Assembly: GCA_963843375.1 (NCBI GenBank)
Contig: CAWJKT010000011.1
Span: 160,001 to 224,000 of the forward strand
Direction of reading: 5' to 3'
Source: an uncultured Pseudomonadota bacterium
Lineage (GTDB): Bacteria; Oederibacteriota; Muellerivitia; Muellerivitales; Muellerivitaceae
Length of the DNA: 64,000 bases
This document shows positions 51,526-59,731 of the stretch, piece by piece (position 1 is the first letter of the stretch; every line of letters starts with the position of its first letter). The notes under the pieces were generated by a model. It made no database searches. It saw only the letters and a program-made list of their open reading frames with translations, and was not told the DNA's origin. A program made the translations under genes and the position numbers.

Positions 51526-52257
51526 TTAAGGTTTATAACTTTTTTGGATAACATCCTTTAGTTGTTGAATGGTCAACCAAGGTTTTTTTCTGTGTATCAT
51601 TCGATGACAGTTAGCGCAAACGATAGAAAGGTCGTCGATTTTTGGTTTTTGTTCCGATTTCAATTCAGATAAGGGAATGACATGGTGGCACTCTGCGAAG
51701 TATTTTCCTAAGTCTCCATATTTGTCTTCAAATACAAATGTACATACTTCGCATTCCAGTTTTCCACGTTTTTTAATTACGAAGCTTTTTTTCTTTTCTA
51801 CGTTTTCAGGTTTCCGTTCACGATATGAATGTATCCTTGTTAAAATCCTGCCTTCTGGTGCAGTATCCAGTTCTTCTAAGTCTGAAGGTGTTTCAACCTC
51901 CGGATTATCGGGTTTAGCAATGGAGTTTTTTATTGCAACGGCGGTTTTGTTAAGTTCTTCTGGTTTGTCCGAAAATTCCTTCCAGACATCTTTTTCAAGT
52001 TTACTTCCAGCAGTTAGACCCTTGCCTTCGTAAGTTGGGTCATACTTTAAAAAATTACACAACTTCATATAAACACCATTTGGGTTACGGTATTTTTCAT
52101 CGCGAGTGTTAAATTCTTGAAATGGCATCCGATTTAATATTTGACTCAACTCGGTAATCTTGGGATTATTTTTAGAAAAACTTTTCCACTTTTTTTCGGT
52201 AAAATAAAAATCAAGGGCCAGAATTAATTCGTCTCGCGACCAATTAGGATTACTCAC
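51526..52257 (-). CDS. McrA-like HNH endonuclease (putative modification-dependent, type IV)
   Basis: NPNWSRDELILALDFY N-terminal domain; EG...H..RER, CEVC.F.F...YG, ECHH..PL, CANCHRMIH. Confidence 0.85.
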   Translation of the reverse strand: MSNPNWSRDELILALDFYFTEKKWKSFSKNNPKITELSQILNRMPFQEFNTRDEKYRNPNGVYMKLCNFLKYDPTYEGKGLTAGSKLEKDVWKEFSDKPEELNKTAVAIKNSIAKPDNPEVETPSDLEELDTAPEGRILTRIHSYRERKPENVEKKKSFVIKKRGKLECEVCTFVFEDKYGDLGKYFAECHHVIPLSELKSEQKPKIDDLSIVCANCHRMIHRKKPWLTIQQLKDVIQKSYKP

Positions 52258-52273
52258 AAAGTTCTTCTTTCAA

Positions 52274-52663
52274 TCAGAAGATTCCGATTTTCTTTTTAAC
52301 CGCTCCGGGGTTTTTTACAATTTGACATTCCCAAAGGGTAAGCACCCTCCAGCCTTTTTTACGGAGCAACCGTTTTGTTCTCATATCCCTTTTAACATTA
52401 TTTTCAAGTTTTGGTTTCCAGTAGCTAAGTTTTGTTTTTGGCATTCTTCCGTCTTTACAACCCTTATGTTGATGCCAAAAACAACCATGAACGAAAATAA
52501 TCATCTTCTGTGAATCAATGACAAAATCGGGTTTGCCAGGAAGTGCCTTAAGGTTCATTACAAATTTAACCCCTGCGTTTTTTAAAATTTTTTTAACGCT
52601 TCTTTCTGGAAACATACCCTTGGATTTTATGCGTCTCATATTTTCACTTCTGCTAATCAACAT
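52274..52663 (-). CDS. vsr: Very short patch repair endonuclease
   Basis: RSENMRRIKSK...PE, LPGKPDFV, FVHGCFWHQH, YWKPKLENNVKRD, GWRVLTLWEC. Confidence 0.95.
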   Translation of the reverse strand: MLISRSENMRRIKSKGMFPERSVKKILKNAGVKFVMNLKALPGKPDFVIDSQKMIIFVHGCFWHQHKGCKDGRMPKTKLSYWKPKLENNVKRDMRTKRLLRKKGWRVLTLWECQIVKNPGAVKKKIGIF

Positions 52664-53333
52664 AAACCTCCGATTTTAAACCACAATTAACAGCTTCCCA
52701 AAGGTATCTGCTGGCAAGTGTTCTATGAGGCTTCCATTTCAATCCGATTTTCATGACTTGATCTGGCGTGGGCTTCTTTTTTAAAGAGTAGGCAATTTGA
52801 ATACCGCGTTGTAAGCCAATATCAAAACAGGGTAAAACATCCGGTCTTTGCATGTGGAAAATTAAATACATCTCGGCCGTCCATCTTCCGATTCCATTTA
52901 TTCTTTGTAATTCTTCTAAAACAATATTATCAGGCTTGGAATTCAGTTCTTTAAGATTCAATTTTCTTTCTTTTACTGCTTTACATAGATCACGTAAAAA
53001 ACCAATTTTTTGTTTTGATATCCCAATTTTTCTTAGGACTCTAAATGGGGTCCTCAATACTTTGTTTGCTGTTGGATTTTTTCGGGAATATAAAGCGGCA
53101 AAACGTGAAAAGATAGTCCTTGCAGCAGCGCTACTTAATTGTTGCCCAATAATAGCTCTCAATAAAGCTTGCAATGCCGGACGAGGTACTGAACTGATTA
53201 ATGAAAGTTTATTATTTTGAATTGCCTTAACACGCTTAATTAATTTCCCAAGTTTGGGGTCTCTTTTTGATAAATGTTTTTCACCGATTCTTTTCAAAAT
53301 TATTTCCTGTCTAAGAATGTTCGGAATGGCCAT
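52653..53333 (-). CDS. AlkA/Mag-family HhH-GPD DNA glycosylase
   Basis: RAIIGQQLSSAAARTI, INGIGRWTAEMYLIF...RPDVLP..DIG, WKPHRTLASRYLW. Confidence 0.92.
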   Translation of the reverse strand: MAIPNILRQEIILKRIGEKHLSKRDPKLGKLIKRVKAIQNNKLSLISSVPRPALQALLRAIIGQQLSSAAARTIFSRFAALYSRKNPTANKVLRTPFRVLRKIGISKQKIGFLRDLCKAVKERKLNLKELNSKPDNIVLEELQRINGIGRWTAEMYLIFHMQRPDVLPCFDIGLQRGIQIAYSLKKKPTPDQVMKIGLKWKPHRTLASRYLWEAVNCGLKSEVYVD

Positions 53334-53435
53334 CAATTATCAAAACACCTGTTACAAAACAGGGCAACATATACACCCTAACAATACCATGTTAAACTTT
53401 CGCAATCACAGATTCCGTTCTAAAGGCATTTTTTA

Positions 53436-54095
53436 ATGACATTTAACGAATACAAAAAAATGCTTCCGAAAAACTTAAGCATCGTTAAAGAGAAAATTCT
53501 TAAACGTCTTTGGGAAGAGGGAGATAAATTTCCTAAAGGATGGGTTAAAAGTTCCGAATTGCTTTCGATTACAAAGCAAAAGTACTTTGACAGAAGAACT
53601 CGCGAATTGCGGGATGAAATGGGTTGCGATATCGAAACAAAGATTATTGAGGCCGAACACAGCTATCGATTAAATTCCCCAAAAATAAACATATCTAATC
53701 CACGACATTATTTACCAAATAATCAAAAAGAAATCCTATTTGAAAAAAATAATTTCACCTGTTCAGTTTGTGGAAAAAAATACAAAAAAGAAGAAAAAGG
53801 ACTCCAATCTGATCATAAGATTCCATTAATGCGTGGCGGAACCAACGAAGAAAGCAACTGGCAACCACTCTGTGTGGAATGCAACGTAATTAAAAGAAGG
53901 GCTTGCGCTGGTTGTAAATTGGATTGTAAAACTTGTTCCTGGGCTTTTCCTGAAAAAATCTCTGCAAGGACACTTATACAGTTGCCCCCTAAACTTAATC
54001 AGTATTTATATGAACATTGTAAAAACGAAAACCAAACTTTAAGTGAATTTGTAGCTGAGGCTATTGAACAATATAAAACTAAGAACGAAGATTAA
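53436..54095 (+). CDS. HNH type II restriction endonuclease candidate (FseI-like), C-terminal RHH-like segment
   Basis: YFDRRTRELRDEMG N-terminal motif; CSVC...QSDHKIP..RGG.....N.Q.LC.ECN..KR.AC.GC...C..C.WAFPEK; convergent with a C5 methylase. Confidence 0.75.
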   Translation: MTFNEYKKMLPKNLSIVKEKILKRLWEEGDKFPKGWVKSSELLSITKQKYFDRRTRELRDEMGCDIETKIIEAEHSYRLNSPKINISNPRHYLPNNQKEILFEKNNFTCSVCGKKYKKEEKGLQSDHKIPLMRGGTNEESNWQPLCVECNVIKRRACAGCKLDCKTCSWAFPEKISARTLIQLPPKLNQYLYEHCKNENQTLSEFVAEAIEQYKTKNED

Positions 54096-54128
54096 AAATC
54101 CGAACAAATTCAATTCTCAAATTTGTTT

Positions 54129-55145
54129 TTAATAAGATGCTGCTCTTTCCATCATTTCCAATAATGGTTCTTTCAAACCCATATAAGCTGGAACAATCTT
54201 TCTATTACCACATAAGGCCCTATTAATTTCTTTTCCAACAGCCTTTGCAACTGGTGGAGGAAAGGCGTTACCAACTTGTCTATACGCAGCAGTTTTACCT
54301 CCAACAAATTTCCAGCTATCAGGAAACCCCTGTAAACGGGCAACCATTTGAACTGTCAATTTAGGACGTGCATTTTTGGGAAAATCTGAGGGAGGTGGGA
54401 AATTAGCAATTCCTAATCCATCAACACCAAGGTGTGACCATTGTTCTTTGGCTCTAGTAGGGCCAAGATCAGGTCCTCCATGTTTTTTTGATCCACCAAC
54501 TATTGTTGGAGCAATTCCATTTGCAACTTTTACCCATTTTTTAGCTCCGGCCCATCCATTCGAGGTCATCAAGTCTAGTAATTCATAGCCAACGGTTTTT
54601 TCACACTTTTTAGGCTTAGGCCATGTGAATTTATCGGCATCTTCTCTAAGTAACGCAACTAAAATGAATCGGGGTCTTAATTGTGGGACATTGTAATCTG
54701 ATGCATTAAGCATTCTCCAATCGGCTCGGTAACCCAGGTCATTTAGAGAATTTAAAATATTTTTTCGATAACTGACGAATTTTTGGCTGGCCAAACCTTT
54801 TACATTTTCCAACATGACCGCTCGGGGCCTAATCTCGGAAACTAAACGTAAAGCATCGGGAAATAAATCGCGTTCATCCTTAGCTCCAAGTTGTTTACCT
54901 GCGATTGAGAAGGGTGGGCAAGGGACTCCGCCGGCAAGGAGATCAATTCCTTTGTAAGGCTTCCCATTAAAATCATGCAAGTCACCTTCAATTACATTCC
55001 ATTCAGGTCTGTTTACCCGCAGAGTTTTACAAGCATGGGGATCAATTTCTACAACAGCGACATGGTTAAAACCCGATTGTTCCAACCCAAGTGCTTGGCC
55101 ACCGCCTCCGGCACATATTTCTAAAGAAGTTAACGAATGCTTCAA
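54129..55145 (-). CDS. DNA (cytosine-5) methyltransferase, NgoMIV/NaeI/FseI-like
   Basis: EICAGGGG, GGVPCPPFS, ENV, QLRPR, target-recognition region APTIVGGSKKHGGPDLGPTRA, RQVGNA. Confidence 0.93.
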   Translation of the reverse strand: MKHSLTSLEICAGGGGQALGLEQSGFNHVAVVEIDPHACKTLRVNRPEWNVIEGDLHDFNGKPYKGIDLLAGGVPCPPFSIAGKQLGAKDERDLFPDALRLVSEIRPRAVMLENVKGLASQKFVSYRKNILNSLNDLGYRADWRMLNASDYNVPQLRPRFILVALLREDADKFTWPKPKKCEKTVGYELLDLMTSNGWAGAKKWVKVANGIAPTIVGGSKKHGGPDLGPTRAKEQWSHLGVDGLGIANFPPPSDFPKNARPKLTVQMVARLQGFPDSWKFVGGKTAAYRQVGNAFPPPVAKAVGKEINRALCGNRKIVPAYMGLKEPLLEMMERAASY

Positions 55146-55215
55146 GTTAGTCCCTCTGAAAGGTATACACTTGTATTTATCCTACCAAAAATTTTATTTT
55201 TTTAAAACTTTTAAG

Positions 55216-56874
55216 TTATATAAAAGTTTTAAGCGCTAATTGCGCAAGATAAACACTCCTTTGATTAATCGACGTTTCATCCCAAGTTAAATATTTTCCA
55301 CCTATTTCCTTGGTTAATTCAATTTTCGAATCGTTGTAAATAACCACCTTTTCCTCAAAACTACTATTGGCCGCCTTTTGATTTTTTCTTGGGCCAAGCA
55401 AAGTGAGATTTCCTAAACGCCAAAGGAAAGGCTCCAAAACCGAACGATTTGACCAAGTTCCGCTTTTTGGATTTTGAGGAAAAATGTGCTCTAAATTTAC
55501 ATTGCCTTTTGCTGTTGTTTCAATTTTCTTCCCTTTTTCAATTCCGGATAAATATCGCAAGATCCATTTTGATGCGTTGGAATCAAAATCATTTTCTTGA
55601 ACACTAGAAAGAACTTGTTGATTGGTTGGCATCTTCTCTCTTAGCTTAGTACAAACAAATTGAGCTTTTTGTCCATCATTTATTGATTTTGCTTCCAAAT
55701 AAAAAGCATTCTCTAAATATTTTGTATCAATATTTCCGGCAAGCTTAAATCTTACCGAAAAAACAGCGACAGCTTTAACAATCTTTGAAAAATCAGAAAT
55801 ACCATATTTGTTAAGCGCACTCATAAGAAGCGGCATCGAATTAAAGTATTTAAAAGCGTTTAAAATCCCAGCCAAATAAATTTTTGTATTTTCATCAAAT
55901 TCCGCATCATGATCAAAATCCAATATTCTTGTGTATGCTTCGGCGCCCAATTCCAAATGTCGGGAATACTTAACACTATCTAATCCTTTTGTTTGAAGGC
56001 TTTTTTTGATTTTTCTATATAAACTCGATGCCTTTTCATCACCGTGCTGTGACACCCAAAAATGCCTTAAAAATCTTTGTACATCGATTGGACCAAGCGT
56101 GCGAAGCATATTATCCCATGTTCCTCGGACCCGATTGTGCTCACCTTTATTTGAACATTTTTGCATCAATAGATTTAGTAAAAGGTCCGGGGCAGATAAT
56201 CGCATTCCGCGATCATTCAATGATTCAAAAATCGCAAAAGAATCAGCGAAGTCACTTATTTTTATTCCAATTACTATTACACCATTCGCCAAACAATCCC
56301 GAATATCTTCTAATCGTTTTTCCCAACGACCACCCGTTTTCTTCGGCAATTCTTGTTTAATTCTTTCTAATATCTTTTCATAAGCATCTTTTAAAAGCTT
56401 ATGAGAACGGATTTTTGAAGTGCCAATAGTTGCTTCAAAATCTTGAATGTTATTTAAAAAAAAGATTTTATCGACTTCACCAAGAACTAATGAATATTGA
56501 GAATTTCTTTCGTTTTTTAAAATAAAATCTCTATGAATATCTCTCGCTAATTGATTTTCTTTGCTAAATTCCTTTGCCAAATTACGAAGAGCACAAAACA
56601 TTATGGTAGCGGTTGTAATACGTTGCTGACCATCCAAAAGGGAAATTTCATTGCTCTTTTCCTGAAGGACTAAGGGTCCAAGGAAATATTTGGATGCTAT
56701 AGATTTCTGTTTGTAAACTTTTTCAAATTCAAAAAAATCATTAAGAAATGCTTCGATTCTATCTTTATCCCAGCTAAAACCTCTTTGATAAACCGGTAAG
56801 AAGATAGAGCGAGTTTCATTTCTGCCTAAAAGTCTTCCAAATGAATAGTTTGCTGCCTCAAAGGTGCTTGGCAT
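55216..56874 (-). CDS. DUF262-DUF1524 protein (GmrSD/SspE-like)
   Basis: LPVYQRGFSW, LDGQQRITT, IFESLNDRG, NLEHIFPQ, LGNLTLL...N. Confidence 0.92.
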   Translation of the reverse strand: MPSTFEAANYSFGRLLGRNETRSIFLPVYQRGFSWDKDRIEAFLNDFFEFEKVYKQKSIASKYFLGPLVLQEKSNEISLLDGQQRITTATIMFCALRNLAKEFSKENQLARDIHRDFILKNERNSQYSLVLGEVDKIFFLNNIQDFEATIGTSKIRSHKLLKDAYEKILERIKQELPKKTGGRWEKRLEDIRDCLANGVIVIGIKISDFADSFAIFESLNDRGMRLSAPDLLLNLLMQKCSNKGEHNRVRGTWDNMLRTLGPIDVQRFLRHFWVSQHGDEKASSLYRKIKKSLQTKGLDSVKYSRHLELGAEAYTRILDFDHDAEFDENTKIYLAGILNAFKYFNSMPLLMSALNKYGISDFSKIVKAVAVFSVRFKLAGNIDTKYLENAFYLEAKSINDGQKAQFVCTKLREKMPTNQQVLSSVQENDFDSNASKWILRYLSGIEKGKKIETTAKGNVNLEHIFPQNPKSGTWSNRSVLEPFLWRLGNLTLLGPRKNQKAANSSFEEKVVIYNDSKIELTKEIGGKYLTWDETSINQRSVYLAQLALKTFI

Positions 56875-56983
56875 TTTTGGTCCTAGTTTTAATTTGCACA
56901 ATCAATTTAGAAGGTAAATTCTAATCTAGCATTATTCTAATTTTTTTTATAAGAAAAAGGTTTTCTATTGGATACAAATTTCA

Positions 56984-57017
56984 AAAACCCAAAAGCCCAT
57001 AAGGGCTTTTGGGTTTT
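56984..57017 (-). terminator. Rho-independent terminator downstream of radC
   Basis: AAAACCCAAAAGCCC-ATAA-GGGCTTTTGGGTTTT perfect 15-bp stem. Confidence 0.8.
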
Positions 57018-57027
57018 AATTTTGGTC

Positions 57028-57519
57028 TTAAATTAAGAGTCCGGCTTGGCGGAAGGAAAAATGCCCTTCGTGGGTAACTATCAAGTGGTCATGGACCGTG
57101 ATGCCCAAAGCCCTGGCGGCGGTCAAAATCTGGCGGGTTAAAGCCTTGTCTCCTTCGGAAGGTTCCAAGCTTCCGGCAGGGTGGTTATGGCTGAAAATAA
57201 TCCCCGTTGCGTCCAATTCCAGGGCCTTCTTGAGGACTTCACGGGGATAAACGGCGGTATGGTCTACAGTCCCTTCCTGGTTTAAAACCACATCTAAAAC
57301 GTGGTTCCGATGGTCAACGTACATGGTCATAAATGCCTCGTTCCGCTTCCCTCCGATGTACTGTTTGAAATACGCCACTACATCCTCCGGGCCTGAAACA
57401 ACCGGCCCTCTTTTGTAGTCCGCCCTGGCCTCTGCCCAAGAAATCGGTGGAACGGTCGGCGGTGGCACCGCCTTAACGTCGAACTTCATCTCCTCTTCCT
57501 GCACTTTGCTTGTTTTCAT
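57028..57519 (-). CDS. radC: RadC-like JAB domain protein (short mobile-element type)
   Basis: E.F, GTVDHTAVYPREV, SHNHPAG...PSEGD, VHDHLIV. Confidence 0.92.
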   Translation of the reverse strand: MKTSKVQEEEMKFDVKAVPPPTVPPISWAEARADYKRGPVVSGPEDVVAYFKQYIGGKRNEAFMTMYVDHRNHVLDVVLNQEGTVDHTAVYPREVLKKALELDATGIIFSHNHPAGSLEPSEGDKALTRQILTAARALGITVHDHLIVTHEGHFSFRQAGLLI

Positions 57520-57546
57520 CTCCGTGGCTCCTTCTGATGGAGCGCG

Positions 57547-57768
57547 CTCCGGGCCGCCCCTTCACCAACCGGATGAGGGGCGGCCCGGAGAATTTGGCCG
57601 ATAGATAGTGGAGATCACTCTCTATCGGCGCTTAATTGTTTTCGAGTTTTCCGAGGGAGTGCGATAGCGAAGCGACAGCATCCCAGGCCTGGTGACCCGG
57701 ACACGCTTTAGGTGTCCGAGGGCAGGCGACCGGTCGCCAAGGCTGGTCGGAATCAGGAGAAAACAGCC
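57547..57768. other. GC-rich cluster of inverted repeats
   Basis: 15-bp perfect IR 57547-61/57576-90; stem 57597-57629; palindromes 57683-92 and 57725-38; 7-bp stem 57698-57718. Confidence 0.8.
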
Positions 57769-57892
57769 AATCGTAGCCATTTCTCGCTCTTGTCCTGCAA
57801 AATATTTGTCTTATTGTTTGTAGCGTTACCTTTTGTGCCTTGGTCTCGCCTAATGAAGTGAGGGGAAACACGCCGGTCCAAAGAGGTTCATA

Positions 57893-58519
57893 GTGACGGG
57901 TGACGAAGAATCAAAATTATTGGCCGGGCTGAGGGAAAGCGACCCCAAGGCACAAAAACAATTTTGGTCAATTTATTACAACCAAATATTTGGACACGTT
58001 CAAACGTCCCTCGCCAAAGGGCATTCCAAGGAAGACTCCGAGGAAATAGTAAGCGAGGTATTTCGACGTATTTTTCGGGACATTAAATCGTTTCAGGGAA
58101 CCAGCACCCTGAAAACGTGGATATTTACGATTGTTAGACACGTCGCAGCAGAACATTACCGGCCCCAACGGAATGAATACACGGCCCACGCACCAGAAAA
58201 GTTCACTGAGTTTTCCGAAGAGACGGTTCCCAACAAGCTCGATGAAGGGAAGCCTATCGAGGCAGCCCTGGACGAATTGGAGAGGAAAGAGCAGTTTTCC
58301 AGTGTTCTTTCACTTTTGGACGAACTAGAAACGCAACAAATCCAAACAGTTTCTTATCGCATCCTCCAGGGAATGTCCGTCAAAGAGACCTCGGATGTCA
58401 TGGGCATTTCTGAGGGCGCGGTCAAAATGTCTTTTTATAGGGCGGTGCTCAAACTCAAGGATCTTGCAGCTTCGCGAAGAGACCTTGACGATTTCACCTC
58501 AACACAAGGAGGGAAATAA
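57893..58519 (+). CDS. ECF-type sigma-70 family factor
   Basis: Region 2 EDSEEIVSEVF...FQGTSTLKTWIFTIVRH; region 4 GMSVKETSDVMGISEGAVKMSFYRA. Confidence 0.9.
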   Translation: MTGDEESKLLAGLRESDPKAQKQFWSIYYNQIFGHVQTSLAKGHSKEDSEEIVSEVFRRIFRDIKSFQGTSTLKTWIFTIVRHVAAEHYRPQRNEYTAHAPEKFTEFSEETVPNKLDEGKPIEAALDELERKEQFSSVLSLLDELETQQIQTVSYRILQGMSVKETSDVMGISEGAVKMSFYRAVLKLKDLAASRRDLDDFTSTQGGK

Positions 58520-59313
58520 TGAACAAGAAATATAACGATGCTGAAAAAGCGGAAATTGTTTCCCAGTTCATCGACCAAATGAACTTGTCTGGCTCTGCTT
58601 CAATTGAGATTTTTCTAGAAGAGTACCCTGAGCTTTCAAATGAGCTCGAACCTCTTTTAGGACTTTCATTGGATTTGAAAAAAGACTTTCAAAAAACGTA
58701 TTTGGCAAATGAAGAGGTTGAGAAGAAATTTTTAAAATTTTATGAAAAGCCGACCGCGAACCGGAATCAGGTTGTTGCGGTTGCCTTAGATCAGCGTCCC
58801 GATTTTATGTTGCTCTTACTTAAGATGATGGATGGCGTAAAAGGTGTTACTAGGTTAACGAAATTGTTGTTTTTGATGGGGAAAGAAGCCCGTTTCGATC
58901 AATACGTTAACAATTACTACGCCCATGCCGCCGATAATTTTGGACCGTTTGATGATGTTATTTTCCAAGATATCGAAGCCCTCAAGAAAGTCGGTTTCAT
59001 AACAGAAGAGAATCTTGTTTTAAAAAGCGACGATGAGGATTCGAAATACGAAGGCCAACTTTATCCAAATAAAGTGCAAAAGAATTATGAACTGACTGAT
59101 AGCGGCAAAAAATTCACGGAAGAACTATTCAAAAAGGTTGAGCAGACAAGGCCAGAAGTCATCAACGATCTAAAAAAGATAATTAGTAAATATGGGAAGC
59201 TGTCTTTAAAGAGTCTTTTGACCCGTGTTTATACAGATTATCCGGAATACACAGTCAAATCGAAAATAAAAGACCAAATATTGGGGAATAAGAAAGATGA
59301 AAAAAAGAATTAA
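58519..59313 (+). CDS. Putative sigma-partner N-terminus fused to YwgA/Panacea(DUF4065)-like wHTH domain
   Basis: TAATG coupling to the sigma gene; IEIFLEEYPELSNELEPLL; GVTRLTKLLFL...NFGPFD..IFQDIEAL...GFI...YELT..G...LL..VY..YPEY..KS.I. Confidence 0.6.
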   Translation: MNKKYNDAEKAEIVSQFIDQMNLSGSASIEIFLEEYPELSNELEPLLGLSLDLKKDFQKTYLANEEVEKKFLKFYEKPTANRNQVVAVALDQRPDFMLLLLKMMDGVKGVTRLTKLLFLMGKEARFDQYVNNYYAHAADNFGPFDDVIFQDIEALKKVGFITEENLVLKSDDEDSKYEGQLYPNKVQKNYELTDSGKKFTEELFKKVEQTRPEVINDLKKIISKYGKLSLKSLLTRVYTDYPEYTVKSKIKDQILGNKKDEKKN

Positions 59314-59731
59314 GGAAAGACAACTTTTGAAACCGGTGTGTCGGTTGTTTCCGAAACTTGTTCCTGTCACTGAGTTCCCGTTCAAAGGGAAGCTTATTGA
59401 TGTCTTGTTTATTAAAAGGAAAACAGGAAAAGGAAATTTAATAGCTATCGAATTGAAAATAAAAAAGTGGAAAAAGGCAATGCGGCAGGCTGCGGTATAT
59501 CAGTTGTTCGCGCATAAGGTTTACATAGCGCTCCCCAACGATCGATTAAACGACAGGGTGTTGGAAACTGTTACGAACCAAGGGATAGGAGTTATATCGA
59601 TCGACTTAGAAAAGAAATTACTGAAAGCCAAAATTGTGAGAAGACCAAAGCCCACAAACTTCTTAAACAAAAAGTACACAGAAGAAGTCTTGGATTTAAT
59701 TAAGAAATCCAAATATGTGGGGGTCGGATGA
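59297..59731 (+). CDS. Small PD-(D/E)XK nuclease-fold protein
   Basis: E...ID...AIELK...WKKAMRQA..Y..FA..VY.A.P...GIG. Confidence 0.78.
   Translation: MKKRIKERQLLKPVCRLFPKLVPVTEFPFKGKLIDVLFIKRKTGKGNLIAIELKIKKWKKAMRQAAVYQLFAHKVYIALPNDRLNDRVLETVTNQGIGVISIDLEKKLLKAKIVRRPKPTNFLNKKYTEEVLDLIKKSKYVGVG

Noticed and set aside
57632..57871. 79-aa minus-strand ORF over the hairpin region
   Set aside because: No clear SD or motif; it overlaps the structured element and the likely sigma promoter.
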